DNA from: Octopus vulgaris
Taxonomy: Eukaryota
NCBI GenBank assembly: GCA_951406725.2
Contig: OX597833.1
Span: 73,036,001 to 73,100,000, forward strand
Length of the DNA: 64,000 bases
Direction: 5' to 3'
Below the pieces are notes generated by a model. It made no database searches and had not been told where the DNA came from. It was given only the letters and a program-made list of their open reading frames with translations. Shown here piece by piece: positions 27,758 to 42,539 of this stretch. Each line of letters begins with the position of its first letter. Positions within the stretch are counted from its first letter, which is position 1. The position numbers and the translations under genes were made by a program.

Positions 27758-28143
27758 AGTGGAGAGCGACTGGTGACAAGCAATCTCTTTCACTTCCATC
27801 TTTTCTACATAATGGTAAATCTCTTCAAATTAGTTGACCGACTGGCTTAGATGGACACAAGATTGTCCTGATTGCCATTGTTATTCCAGCCTCTCTCCAA
27901 TATGGAGATTATTCTCCTCCTTTCCATCTTTCTTTTCTTTTTCCTTTTCTCTACTTTTTTGTTTTGTTTTGTTGTTCTTTCATTTTTTCCCTTTTTTTTT
28001 TTGTTTTTGATTGGTTTCTTTTTATGTATTTCCATTTCATGCTGTGATCTGAACCTCACAAATACACCCTCACATATGTAAGGGTGGGTGTGTGTGTGTG
28101 TGTATTTATATGCATATGCAGATTGTATGTATGCATATACTGT

Positions 28144-28187
28144 ACACACGCACACACACACACACACATACAAGTACAATACACTGG

Positions 28188-28245
<58 letters not shown>

Positions 28246-28289
28246 AGTACAATACACTGGAGCACACGCACACGCACACACACACACAC
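28144..28289. repeat. (CA)n array containing a duplicated catacaagtacaatacactggagcacac unit
   Basis: The unit appears at about 28167 and 28240, separated by a CA tract. Confidence 0.9.
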
Positions 28290-30026
28290 GCTCCACTCAA
28301 AGAAACAACTGTTAGATGTTCGGAGCTGGTTCATCTTTATTCAGGGTTTGATTTTTAATGCAGATCATCATCATCATCATCATCATCATCATTGCTGTCA
28401 TCATCAGTCACCACTGTCCTCCCCACCATCATCATCATCATCATCATCATTCTCATTATTTCCCCATCCATTCACATGGATGTGTGTTGTGGGTTGGGGC
28501 AGGTCTTCTCAGTCCGGTGCAGCATTTCACTGCAGAAGTCAAATAAATAAATAAATTTACTTGAGAGGTGATGGTGGAGGGGGGGGGGGCAGCAGCAAAA
28601 AGAAAAAAAGAAAAAAAAGAAACAAGTAAACCCTGGCAGACAAAACTTGACCAAAGTTTAAAAAAAAAAAAATAATAATAATTCAAGAAATGGAATGGAA
28701 AGAAAATCTGAGCCGGAGAGGAATTTAGTGGGAAAAGTCCAATATTGTTGGAATGAATTATTCATAGAATGAAACCTCTCCAGCCCTGCCCAGCCTTTCC
28801 TCTTATTTATTCACCACAAAACCACAACATTTACAACAACAACAACAACTTGTATCAGCAACTCACATCTTTTCTCATCTGCTTTCAGAAATGTTGGAAA
28901 TTTTTTTGTTTTTGTTTTTGTATAATTTGTTTTACTTATTTCATCAATTTCCTGGATTTTGGTGGGAGGGAGGGAGGGAGGGTGTCTTTCTTTCCCTCAT
29001 CTCCTCCCCCTTCCTTCTTATCCATTATGATCTGGTCACGCCTGAACAAACACGAGGATGTGGCCATTTCTCTATGTTTTTATTATTCTATATTGTCATT
29101 TATTTGTTGTTGTTCTGTCACAGTGTATCTGGGATTACATCATACAATGTTTTATTCCATTCTTTTTAAAACAACAGCAAGGTGTGATTTGAAAGATATC
29201 TGGCTTCTATTCCGACCAGCTGGAGCCACCATATTTAGGTTCCCTCTTTCTCTTTCTTTCACATCAGAGATGGAGTTGCTTGGACTTTCCACCCCCAGGT
29301 TAGCCCTAAACGAGTAGACCTAAGGTTAAAAGTTTCCCATTATGACCACCCTGTCTTTTTCACACATCTCCTCCTTGACCTCTTGCCAAGTTTCACACCC
29401 CCACCTCCACCACCACCACCTGACAGTTGGCTGCTTTTGGTAGAGTCCATTCTGCTGTAGACATTTGAATCATATTCCTGGAAAGGGTTGTGGGTGTGGC
29501 CCTTCCTGCTCAGAGTAACCCATTAAAAAAGAACAAAAAGCAAGGAGATTTCTTTTAGATGGTCGAGTGTGCAAATTAGGGAAGATTTGGCTGTTATTTC
29601 TATCACCTTGTGTAGAAACTCCTTGGTTAGCTCCTATTTCTAGGAGGTCAAGTAACCACAGAGATTCCGTCATTGGTTAAATGCCTGGTGACACATCTTG
29701 GAATCTATATTAGAATATGAGAGAGGTGGAGGGGGGTTGCTCTGTTAATAACTGTATGTGATAGCAATGACTGTTGGACTCGATACCAAGACCCCTTACA
29801 TGTTACACCATGGATATCACATGTTAGTGGTTCCTTCAAACCAGTCAAATTCAACCCCTGACTGATTTATCTGAAGAAGCAGGGGTATGCTGTGAAAGGG
29901 CCAGAGTAACAGAACAATGGACAAGCTTAATTGAACTATTATGTTCTAAGTTTGTATTGAGCACTCTTTCTCTGGATCAAGAAAGACCCAACAATGAAAA
30001 TCATTTATATATATATATATATATAT

Positions 30027-31008
30027 CATCATCATCGTCGTTTAACATCCATTTTCCATGCTAGCATGGGTTGGACAGTTCGACCGGGGTCTGGGAAGCC
30101 AGAAGGCTGCACCAGGCCCAGTCTGATCTGGCAATGTTTCTACAGCTGAATGCCCTTCCTAACACCAACCACTCCATGAGTGTAGTGAGTGCTTTTTACA
30201 TGCCACCGGCACAGGTGTCAGGGGAGGCTGGCAACGGCCACGATCGATTGGTGCTTTTTATGTGCCGCCGGCACAGAAGCCAATCTAGGCGGCGCTGGCA
30301 TTGGCCACATTCGGATGGTGCTTTTTATGTGCCACCAGCATGGGTATCACAACTACAATTTCCATTTGAATATATATGTATATCATCATCATCATCATCA
30401 TCATTTATCGTCTGCTTTCCATGCTAGCATGGTTTGGACAATTTGACTGAGGACTGGCAAACCAGATGGCTGATCTGGCAGAGTTTCTACAGCTGCATGC
30501 CCTTCTTGATGCCAACGACTCCGAAAGTGTAGTGGGTGCTTTTACGTGCCACCAGCACGAGGGCCAGTTTGGCGGTACTGGCAATGGCCACGCCCACATG
30601 GTGTTTTTTACGTGGCACCTGCACAGGAATCAGTCCAGCACCACTGGCAATGACCTCATTCAAATGTTTTGTTCACACGTCACTGGCACAAATGCCAGTA
30701 AGGCGACGCTGGTAAGGATCATGCTCAAATGGTCCTTTTTACGTGCCACCAGCACAGAAGCCAGACAGCTGCTCTGGCAGTGATCCTGCTCAGATGGAGC
30801 TATTAGCGCTCCACTGGCACAGGTGCCAATCATCGAATTTGGTTCAATTTAGATTTCACTTGCCTCAACAGGTCTTCATAAGCAGAGTTTAGTGTCCAAA
30901 GAAGGAAAGGTACACCCCTGGCATAGGCCACGAGGTTATGGTCTCACTTGTCTTGCCGGATCTTCTCACGCATAGCATATTTCCAAAGGTCTTGGTCACT
31001 AGTCATTG

Positions 31009-31010
<2 letters not shown>
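30027..31010 (-). mobile_element. Two tandem RTE LINE 3' ends (30027-30365 and 30383-31010)
   Basis: Each begins (CAT)n...ttccatgctagcatgg on +. The second reaches coding AMTSDQDLWKYAMREK on the minus strand. Confidence 0.75.
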
Positions 31011-31045
<35 letters not shown>

Positions 31046-32516
31046 TATGTTTTACCTTAATTTGATGATATTTTGTGTTGCCTGGTTTTTTTCAGAAACA
31101 GTTTGAAAAATAAGAGAACAGTCAACAGAATTGGAGAGTTGGACAGGTATGAGCCTCTGATGGAGAGGGGGGGTGACTGCTATGTATAGAAATGGCAAGT
31201 GCTCCAAATTAGTGACACCTGTGTAAGAGGGGGGGGTGTTAGATTTCATGGCAGAGACGATAAGCAACTGCGAGGACTGATGATATTGCATGGTTCCAGA
31301 TGACCTACCCATGGCAAAAACACACCCAAACACAACCGTAGTATTTAAGCTGTAAAATATGTATACAGATGTATGTATGTATATATAAATGTATGTTTGC
31401 TCCCCCCCCCCCCAAACCCACCTCACCACCCCTTCACCTCTGACAGCTGGCTCTCTTTCTCCCTTCCTCTCACTGCTGCCTTCCCATTTGGGGTCCTTTC
31501 ACTACATTCAAACTCTACTCTTCCCTCTCCCCCTACCTCTATGCTACCCTCTCTCCCTGCTATCCCTCTACTCACCCACTTGTTCCTCCTCATCTCTTCC
31601 CCAACCTTAAATCCCTGACCCCTACATCTTCCTTTCCTTTAATCATACTCAGGATTCCTCCTCCCTCCCTGTCCCTTTTCTCTCATATCTTCTTTCCAAA
31701 CCCACCCTTCCCCCCATTCTTTGCCAAACCCCTCACAAAGAGGGACCAACTCTCTACTACTACCTGTCACACCTGTAAATCTATTTATCTTATTTTCCCT
31801 ATCTAGAATCTCTTCCCATTCTCTCTACCATTCTTCCTTAGTTATAGTGGTCACTTTAGGCCCTTAACCTTACAAGCTATGGGACAATTTTCACCAGTGC
31901 TGGTGCTATGTAAAAAGCACCCAGTCCACACTCTGTAAAGTGGTTGGTCTTAGGAAGGGCATCCAGCCATGGAAACCAGGCCCCAATAGACAACTGCAGC
32001 CTGGCGCAGTCCCCTGATTTGTCAAATGTTGTTGAAGCGTTCAACCCATGCTATGATGGAAGCCAGATAGTAAATGATGATGATATATGAAGGACAGTTA
32101 TCTGTGCAGTTGTGTGCAACTCCACTCCACGAGGGAGCCTCTACACAGTCACTTGCTCTGCAAGAAATAGCAACCAATTCTTGTTCAAGTCACATAATGA
32201 CAGTTTAATAATACTGGAAGGTCACTTTGGGTGATGTCATTCTGGATGCATCAAGACATGAGCATGGCTGCAGTATTTTTGATCCTCTCAGCTTAATCAG
32301 AGTGGACTTGTTCTGGGTTTTTATCCTCTTTTAATCTCAAAAGTAGAAAGGGTTATCATGACATGAGTGAAGTTGAGAATTGGGCAACAGTTTTCAGTAT
32401 TTCACTGGTGAAGGGCAGCATGTGAGGCCGGTCTGATACTGTATGCAGTGTATGAGAGGAATCCGGAAAATCTAGAAGTGAGGGAACTGTAAACGATATA
32501 GAAAGATAAATGGCAA

Positions 32517-32580
32517 ATGGGAATGGTGCTGGTTTGTTGGACGTTGGGAGTCCTGGATGTGCAGTGTGTGCATGAGTCTG
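32517..32580 (+). CDS. Candidate alternative first coding exon (MGMVLVCWTLGVLDVQCVHES-G), phase-1 donor
   Basis: ATG 32517 after an in-frame stop, donor tctg|gtaagt at 32580/32581, 64 nt = 21 codons + 1, unique sequence. An out-of-frame ATG at 32510 weakens the call. Confidence 0.25.
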
Positions 32581-34244
32581 GTAAGTGTGGGCAGTGTGTG
32601 TGTGTGTGTGTGACAACTGCTAGCTGCATGCGTGTGTGCATGGGAGAGGTGTGTTGTATGCGTATGCAATGTACACCTATCAACCTTGTGTATGTATGAG
32701 CCAGCGTTGTGCAATACTGTTCTTTCCTTTCTATGCATGCATGCATGCACGTGCACACACACACGCATGCACATTTATCAGTGGTTGGTATGTGTTATAG
32801 TATCACTGTTGGTAAAAGTTGTGTGTGATATCTGTAATGAGATCAGTCTTTGCTAGAAAGAGAAGAAATTGGTGATAATTGTCATGAAGATGGCTGCATG
32901 CGAGAAGGAGAGAGGAGGAGGAGGAGGGATGATGATAATAATAATAATAATAATAATAATGATGACAGTTGTGATACTCAGTTTTTTCTTTTCTTTTTCT
33001 CATTCTTTTGCTTTTCTCTCTTCTTCTCTCATCTTTCCCTTTTCCCATTTTTTCCATTTCTCCCTCTCTCTCTCCCCCTCTCTCTCTCCCCCTCTCTCTC
33101 TCCCTTCCTCTCTCTCTCCCTCCCTCTCTCCCTCTCTCTCTCTGCGTCTTGATCTGCTTTTCTTCTTTCTTCTCTTTCTCAGTTCTGTTTCCACTCCTCT
33201 TCCTTCTCTTTCTCACTCCTTGTCTCTTTTCGTCCCTCATCATCATCCGTGATGTTCCCATCCTCTCCAACCCACCCAACAATCTGCTTTTGTTTCTCCA
33301 TCTTTCCTTCCTTCCTTCCTTCTGTTTCGTTGTCTACGAGTTTTGTAATTAAGGACAGGATTAGTTGAGAGGAAGACACCACAAACTATTTCTAACCATC
33401 ACAGCCACCGCTGTCACCACCACCACCACCACCATCACTATCACCACAGCTAGCACAACCATTGCCTCCACCACTACCATCCTCATCCTCTCGTCAATCT
33501 ATATTACTTTGGCAATGAACAAACAGGTAAGATCTAAAAACAGACATCTACACTGACTGGATGTTGCTAAGAAAAGCATCCTTGACAACGACAGCCACAA
33601 CAACAACAACATAGAACTAGCTTCAATTTGATTGTGTGGCTGAAACTAATGGAACTGTGATTCCAGAACGGAACTGGTTTCCACTCGATGTTCTCTGAAG
33701 ATGAAATGTTTCGTGGGTTTCCTTTTAAAAAAGATTAGGGATTTCTGTGTCTGTGTGATGCCTTATTCACTTAGGTTTCATTATTTCATACTTGATTTTT
33801 TAACTGAAAAAACCCCAAAAAACTGGGGTGTGACTTACACCCAAGGCACAAGCAAAACGAGAAAAGGAAAAGGATTTAGTAGCAAGGTTTAACACTGAAT
33901 CCCAAGTGCAACTCCTACACAAAGGATAGGGGCCTTGCCCTTCTTTTAATGAGCGATCCGTTAATAAGGTCACTTTGATGTAATTTTGAGCAGAACACAT
34001 CTGTTGCCATCTGTCTTTCAAGACTTGGTACCTCATCTTTTGGCAATTGTAATGACCACCAGTGGTATGGTGTTGTGGTTAAGAAGTTTGCTTGTGGCTT
34101 CAGGTTCAGTCCCGATGGGAAATCCATGGGGCAAGTGTCTTCTGCTATTTGATTCATACAAACATGGGAAAGTAGACAATAAATTGATGATGGTGATGAT
34201 GATGATGATGATGACAGGAAACTTTTTTTTGCCAGGAAAGACTT

Positions 34245-34295
<51 letters not shown>

Positions 34296-37200
34296 ACATT
34301 CTACAGGTCAGATGTTGAGCTGAAGTAGCTTAGAGGAATTTCTCACCTGAGAATGGGTCTGCTGGCTTTCAGAAGATCTTGTGCCACGTTGGCAACATTC
34401 TTTAATGCTTGGATTATTTTGTTTCGATCATTAGATTGTGGTTATGCTAGGGTCTTGAAGAGTTTCGAAGGCTATGCTGCAATACCACCAGGTATTAGAC
34501 TATGTCATAAAATAAGGAAACTTTTGTGGATTCAGAATTGAAAGTATTTACATCAAGAATTTTTTTTCTTCTAAAGATAGAAATATTTACAAATTCTGAC
34601 TAATTTCATGTATATTTATAGAGGTTTGAATGTGTGTGTGTGTAGGTTTGAATGTGTGTGAGTGGGATCTGTTGCTGTTCTGTGTGTGTGTGTATTGAGT
34701 GTAATCTTTTGAAAGATAAATGTAAAAGAGAGGGACAATCAGTTGATATAGTCCGTGTGTGTGTGTGTGTTGCTAATCTATTGATCACCCCCCCCTTCAT
34801 CTTGTTCTTTACTCTTTCTTTCTCCCTCATTAAATGATTGATTCTCTTTTATCACTCTCTGACTTTTCTTCTAGAAACCCTAAAGCTTACATCATTTCTC
34901 TCTCTCTCCTCCCCTTTCTTTGAAGCATTCCCATCCTTTTTGTCTGTGACTCCAGATTGTGCCATCCTTCCACCCATTCCCAATTATAAACTTTCAAAAT
35001 TCCTTTCTGCTGATATATATCTTTAATTACGATACAGGTGTGTGTGTGTTTATATATCATAGCTGTATATAGATGTGTACATACACCTGCATATAAACAG
35101 ACACCTTCATCAGCCTCAATTTACCTCGCTTTTTCAATGTTTTTGCATGAGCTCGGCAGCTCTTCTCCAGTTCCTCACCAGCTTCACACTTGCTATGGTC
35201 CCTTCTTATTTCTGTGATGATGTTCAACCTTCATCTCTTTTTCTCGCATCATTTTCAAACGACCTCCCCTGCAACACGTTCCTCCTCTCATCTTTTATTA
35301 CACCATCATCCAACTATCATCTACCCTAACACATGTCTGTAACTGTACAGTCTCTCATCTCTTAAACACTACACCTGATTCCTCTTGTTCCCAGGTTTTC
35401 TCTCGGTTCATTTCTGTGCCAATATTCCTATTAACATCTAACAATGGAGCCTGTCCACCACATTTCTTCCCACCTTACACACATTTTTTTTTCAATGCAC
35501 ACCCATGCACTATCATAACATTTGCCCTTAAAAGAAGAATTTCTTTGTTGCCAGCAGAGGGGGTGGGAAACTCCCTCTAAGCTTTTTAATCTTTCAGAAA
35601 ACCAACATTCAATGCTCTTTAGGTTACCTAAATAATAACAGAAGCTATAAAATCCCTCTAGGAAGAGTTTCTGTTTCAACAGGCTTCATTTCAGAGAAGC
35701 CCTAACTGCTGTCCACCCTCTCAGTAACTGTTGTCCTTTTTGGTAAGCCAGCCTGTGACCCACATAGGTCTTTGTTCTGCCATTGGGGACTTTGGCATCA
35801 AGGTTGTAGTGATAGTACTTTTCACTGAGCAATGTACAATATATAGCCTCTCCCACCATTCACTGGTCCTCTCACCCCCAAGCTATTGGTCATGTCCAGG
35901 GAAAAACCTGAAGTTCTGAATTAGTAGCAAAACTTGTCTCATATAAAACCCTCACAAGGAGAGCCTGTTCCCACTGATCTGGGGCAGATCTAGAGGCCCA
36001 GACAGTGATATGTTGATGACCTGCAGTTTTATAGACAATATACTTTACTGCTTGAGAGAATATCCGATGCATTTTGTCATATTAAACATTAAAAGAATGC
36101 ATTCCATTCTCTTTACATTATTATTGTATAATGATATCATCATTATTCTAATGTTTTCCCTTCCATGCTTGCATGTGTCAGACGAAATTTGTTTGGGCAA
36201 ATTTTTCCTGCAGCCAGATGCTCTTCCTGTCACTAACCTTCCCTGTTTCCAAGCCACAAAATATTTCCCCACATCCAGACATCTTTTCATGCTAAACTGG
36301 AAATGAATGACAGATCTTGTAGGGTTGTTGGACAACAACCACATGATGCCAACACACACACACACACACACACACATGCACACATACAAATGTGTGTGTG
36401 TGTGTGTGTAAACACTCAGTGGGCTTCTTTCCTCTTTTCCATCCATTAAATTCACAGAAGGTTTTGGTTTGCTCAGGGTTAAAATGGAAGACAGTTATCC
36501 CCAATGCCACAGAGCTGGGAAGTGAACTTCTTCACTACATAACCATGTCCCCCCCACCGCATCTATGTGTGTGTGTGTGTGTTTACACACACACACAAAC
36601 ACACACACAATCTATACAAAAATTTAAGGACATGGCTGCTGGTGTGTATGTGTCACAGAAATAATACGTGACTAGGTTGATGTTAGTTTGTGTGTGTGTG
36701 TGTGTTCTATACATTCTCTTATAATCCATATATATGTGTGTCTGTTTCACACACACAAACACACACACACACACGCGTCTGCTTGTGTGTCACATGGTTG
36801 TCCTACATTCTTTGCTAACGAGTAATGAGATATCCCTACAATATTTCACACTCTTCAATATCAGTTCACTTATGTATGTCTCCAGTCCTGCTGTTACCGT
36901 CAGCTTCTGTGGACACACCCATCCCCCCTGGCTTCATTTAGAACAATTCCTCAACATGCCCCACCCCCCACTTTTTGTGCCCCCACCCCACCCACATTCC
37001 ATCCCGTGGTCGAATAAGTTTGTTTGCTTCTAATTCTGTTACGTTTTGGATATGTGGTTGAGGTGTTAGTCTTTATAGAAGTTGAAACCAAGTGGCAAAT
37101 AAATAATCAACAATGTTCTAGACATGATAGTCATATCTTAATTAGTCTCCAATCAATTCATCCCCAGGAAAAATGGAAGACTGATTCAGTTTGGCACCAG

Positions 37201-37355
37201 TGATGTCACAACTTATTTCTACAGTTGACTGAACTGGAACAAAGTAAGAGAGTATCTTGCATCAGAACACAGACAGCATGACTCAGGAATTGAACTCACA
37301 ACCTCATGATTGGAAGCCAGACACTCTAACCACTGAGCCTTCCTATATATATCTA

Positions 37356-37407
<52 letters not shown>

Positions 37408-37869
37408 CTAGCCTTGATGCTGCCCTTTGGGTGGCATTCAGGTTAGCTCCTGCAAAGAGCAACTTTGAGGCCTTCAGCCCCACTATCCGATTTAGTCACC
37501 AATGCCATGTATTTAGTTTAAAATGCAGTAAAAATAGTGGGGTCAGTGAGGCCCCAATTAGGCAGCCCTTAAAAACATAGACCCCCTTAGGACAGTCCCT
37601 GTGATTAGGGGAGTTGCTGCTTTGAGCTTTGTTGTCCTTGCACCGATGCCCTTCCTAATACCAACCATTCTAGGAGTGTAATGGGTGCTTTTATGTGCCA
37701 CCGGCATGGGTGCCATTTACATAACACCGGCAACAACCCTGACTCCAATTCATGGGTGGATTCCATTTCGATGGCACTGGCAGTGAACGACCACAACTCT
37801 GATGCAAGGGTGCCGTTTACATGGCACTGACTGCAAAATGGCACCACCAATCGCCACAATTCCTGCCTT

Positions 37870-37911
<42 letters not shown>

Positions 37912-37912
<1 letters not shown>

Positions 37913-38280
37913 CTTCAGTCATTAGACTGCATCCATGCTGGGATTCTGTCTCGAAGTTTTAGTTGAGTAAATCAAGCCCAGACTTATTTCTTTTTTAAGC
38001 TTAGTACTTCTGTCAGTCGCTTTTGTCAAACTGCTAAGTTACTCTGATGTAAACACATTAGCAATGGTCATCAAGCGTGGTGGGAGACAAACACATACAC
38101 ACACACACACATTATACAACAGGCTTCTTTCAGTTTCCATCTACCAAATCCACCCGCAAGGCTTTGGTTGGCCTGGGGCTATAGTAGAAGACACTTGCCC
38201 AATGTGTAATGCGGTGGGACTGAACCAGGGACCATGTGGCTTGGAAGCAGACTTCTTACCACTCAGCCCAACTCTGCCTC
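37912..38280 (-). mobile_element. tRNA-derived SINE family B (CORE-like ccttgggcaagt motif, internal CA tract), near full length
   Basis: ttcagtcattagactgcatccatgctgg...ctgctaagtt...(ca)n...ggcttctttcagtttccatctaccaaatccac...gaagacacttgccc...gggactgaacc. Similar copies at 6975-7260 (-), 8396-8775 (-), 2190-2340 (-), 265-530 (+), 57938-58080 (+) and 25220-25330 (+). Confidence 0.7.
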
Positions 38281-38615
38281 CCAACTTATAGATTGGCTTC
38301 AGATTTTGGCGCAATTCCAGTAATTTCCGGTGAGAGGGTGAGTCAGGTATTTCACCCCCACCCCCCGTGCTCAAATGGCACTTATTTTATCAATTCTGAA
38401 AGGATGAAAGGCAAAGAAGACTTTGGCAGAATTTGATCTCAGAGTGTAAAGACAGACGGAACGCTTGCTCTGTTACCATTTCTGCCAGTTGACTTACCTT
38501 ATATAAACTAATAGATTAAAAAACAGGTAGGCATTGTATGAATGTGTGTGTATATATACACATACACACACACATGCAGACACACACAAATGAAAATATG
38601 TGTGTATATACACTT

Positions 38616-38659
<44 letters not shown>

Positions 38660-39838
38660 GCACAAGTCCCAATGTGTGTCTACTTGTTGAAAGAAATGTT
38701 TGTCAGAGTTTGTTTAGAAATGTATTCCTGAAATTGTTGGAGGAGAAGGAGGAGGTAGTGATTCTGTTGCCACTCCAATCATCATCATCATCATCATCAT
38801 CATGACCGTAATTCTTTGCTCCATTTTGCCCATATATAATTACTAGTTGTGTTCATATTGGCTCTCAATGATCAAAAACCATTTCAATCCATGTCACCAA
38901 TTTGGGGGGGGGAGGGGATTTGTCTTACTTCCTCTCTCCCCCCCTCTTTCCCTCCCTCTACTCCATCATTATTCCCCCCTCCCTCTTTATATTTGTTTGG
39001 CAATTACAAAATAAACACTGGGCCTCCAGCAATTGGTGTTATTTGATCTTGTAACCAACCAACCAACAAACCAACCAGTTTCGTCTCTCCCCCCCCACCC
39101 CGCCCCAAGCCTTTACAATGGTTTACATCAAGGTTCCCTATTTCTCCCATATTTTGTTGCCTTTTTCATATATGGAGGGGGGGGGGGTTCTATTTATTTT
39201 ATGATTATTGGATATCTTTTTCGTTACCATTTTATGTGACTTCTTAATTTTCCTTTTGTTGTAATTTGTTTTATCTTTAAGACTTGTTGATATCCCCCCT
39301 CCACTCCCCACCCCCTTCTTTCATCCTTATTTTAACTTCCTCTTCTCTTCCTTTATCTCTCCCTCTCTACCTTTTCCGCTTTTCTCTATGCCGTGTTATT
39401 AACACAAATTCAAATTCCCAAACATTGTAAAATCTATAATTGTGGACAACAAATCAAAGCCCACCCCCTCACACACACACACACACGCATACTCTTATAC
39501 AAATGTGTGTGAGTAGGAGAAAGAGAGACTCTAATGAACCGTAGTGAGCCACGAGGAATTTTGAATGAATTTAAATTCCAAGAAAGAAACACCAACTACA
39601 CACTGTAAAGTGGTTGGCATTAGGAAGGACATCAAACTGTGGAAACCAAGCCAAAGCTGATTTGGAGCACGATGCCACACTGTGGCTCACTGGACCCTGA
39701 CAGCTTGGAAAACAGACATTCAATGATGGAACTAATGAGGATTAGTTTGTGTATATACACACAACACACCTATGTAGGTATATATGCATATATATATGAA
39801 TATGTTTGTTTACACATGTATGTGTATGGATGTATATA

Positions 39839-40263
<425 letters not shown>

Positions 40264-40304
40264 TGCACACACACACACATGTATACATAAATATATATAC
40301 ACAA

Positions 40305-41159
40305 ACAAGGTACAGTGAATAAACCATCATCTAAATTACGCAAAAATGAAGATAACACTGACATCTCATTTTAACAGATATATTTACCCAAATTACATAA
40401 AAATATCTTGAAATACTAAAGAGCAAATCTATTCAATAAAATCGCAATTGGCTTCAACCACGGCCCCCAGATGACTTCGGAATCTCCTTCAACTCTTCTG
40501 GACAATCTCCTTGATTAAGTTGGTGAATGCTGCCATAATCCTTGCCTTCAGTTCATCTTTGGTGTTACAAGGAGTTTTGTTGGTGTCTCGCTCAATTGCT
40601 CCCTACACATAATAATCAAGGGGGTTGCAGCCTGGGGAGTTAGGTGACCAGAGGAGTTGGAGGTGATGACCTCGCAAAGATTGTCGGACAAATATGACTG
40701 GGTTCTGCTTGTGTGGCATGGTGCAGAGTCCTGTTGCCAGACATAGGGGCTTCCAGCAACCACTCTCTTGACCCAGGACAGCACTACCTCCTCCAGGTAC
40801 TTGATAGAGGCCTCCGTGTTGAGTCTAAGGCCACATGAGGAGATGAATGGAAGCATAACGTCCCCATCACTAGTGATCACTTCAAGCACCATAATGTTGA
40901 CTGCATATTTGACTTTTATCACTCTTGGTACATGTTCTTAGATTGCACTGTCCTCAGATTGACACCCAAACACTCTGAAATATTTGTATTGGAGCTTCCA
41001 GCACAAATGCCAAGCAGTACAGCATGTCGTTTCCAAATTTCTGGCTGAGTGACTTGCGTCATGGTGCTGTTTTTCTCACAATCAGTGCCCAACTGACCCT
41101 ACTGCGCACACATGAAATTAAAAATATAAAATGGCAACAATTTACCCATCGTACCCTGT
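40305..41159 (-). mobile_element. Internally deleted Tc1/mariner-superfamily transposon (DD37D/maT-like)
   Basis: Minus strand N-terminal MTQVTQPEIWKRHAVLLGICAGSSNTNISECLGVNLRTVQ (HTH) joined to VNIMVLEVITSDGDVMLP...YVWQQDSAPCH and, after a frameshift, SPNSPGCNPLDYYV*GAIERDTNKTPCNTKDELKARIMAAF...VVEANCDFIE*. Degenerate TIRs (acaaggtac.../...gtaccctgt). Confidence 0.85.
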
Positions 41160-41970
41160 GTGTGTGTGTAGATATACATGCATAGGCCATACATACATAC
41201 CAGCCTGGAAAACGGATGTTAAATGATGATGATGATGATGATGATATATAATCCTTTCATGTCTGTTTTCCCTGCAGGCATTGGTTGCTTGGTTCAACAA
41301 GAACTGGCAAACCATAGGAGTGCACCAAACTCTGTCTGCTTCAGTATAATTTTTGTGGCTGGGTGTACGTAGGTGGTTTTATGTGGCAACAGCACCATTA
41401 GGGTCACCAAATAAATTACAAGACCCCTCAGTTGAGGTGAGAGTAGTATTGAGAGTGAGTAATAGGTGTGTTGCAGTAGAGGAGAAGCATGGCTATTTCA
41501 GGTGAAAGGAGAGAGAGGGAAAAGATGTGATGGGTAAGGGTGTGGGGATGTATATGTAGTGAAGTGGAGCAAGGATTGGAGAGGGTGAGGCAGTAGGTGG
41601 GTAAGTTTGTGAGATTGGGAAAAGAGAGTGAGAAATGGAGTGGGGCAATGCAGGTGGAGGGAGATATTAGAAGAGATTCAACAGGGACATATGGGGGTGG
41701 GATACAATAGGGGATGAGCACAAGGGGGAAGATGGGACGAGGAACAGATTGTTCGTGTGGGGTGGGGGGCATGGTCATCAAGATGAATTTTCTCAAACTC
41801 AGCAAATCTGCCAATTGTCTGAGTCCTTTGTGAGGCTCAACATCTGAAGATGCTTCCTTACCTCTTTGTCCTATGTCTTGCTGGGTTCCATCCATTTCTA
41901 TGCAGCTCTCCTCATCCATACCAGTGCAGTCTTCTCTCTTTCACTCTACAACTGATTCGTTTTATGCCTA

Positions 41971-42008
<38 letters not shown>

Positions 42009-42507
42009 ACTTATATTCACATCCAGCAGCAGAACATGCTGACTTCATTTCTTTCAGACCTTTTTAAAATTCCTCTCTTATGGCCTCGTAAACAAGAAGG
42101 GGATCAAGAACCAGTCCTTGGTGGTGAGCTACCTCTACACTAAATACCTTACTATACCCATTGCTGACTGCATCTCTGGACATGCCTTGGGCAGTTCTCC
42201 CCCAGCTACTGACCAACCCTAGCTTCTGCATTGACCCCCAGATGAGGGGGCAAGGGACCCTGTCAAAAGCTTTAAGACAATTATTGTAATATACAAAACA
42301 AATAGTAAATTTGCATCAGAGACTCTGAGAGAGGGGTCATTGATTATTTCTTAATGATTACTGTTGATAGGTAAGACATACCACCTGTCTCACCTCTCCT
42401 TCCCTCTCTCTCCCTCTCTCTCTCCTTCTCTCTCTTCTCTCTCTCTCCTTCTCTCTCTTCTCTCTCTCTCCCCTTCTCTCTCCCCCTCTCTCTCTCCCTC
42501 TCTCTCT

Positions 42508-42539
<32 letters not shown>

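Noticed and set aside
27847-28554. Overlapping long ORFs rich in HT, CV and poly-H
   Set aside because: They are translations of (CA)n and (CAT)n microsatellites, open in several frames with no splice or domain support.
32803-33352. ORFs rich in ER/SL repeats (likewise 39742-40308 and 49138-49743)
   Set aside because: They derive from (GA/CT)n, (TA)n and (AAT)n tracts.
33515-33532. ATG AAC AAA CAG|gtaaga mini-exon (MNKQ)
   Set aside because: Phase 0, so incompatible with the phase-1 set. It could only be a non-coding exon and has no further support.
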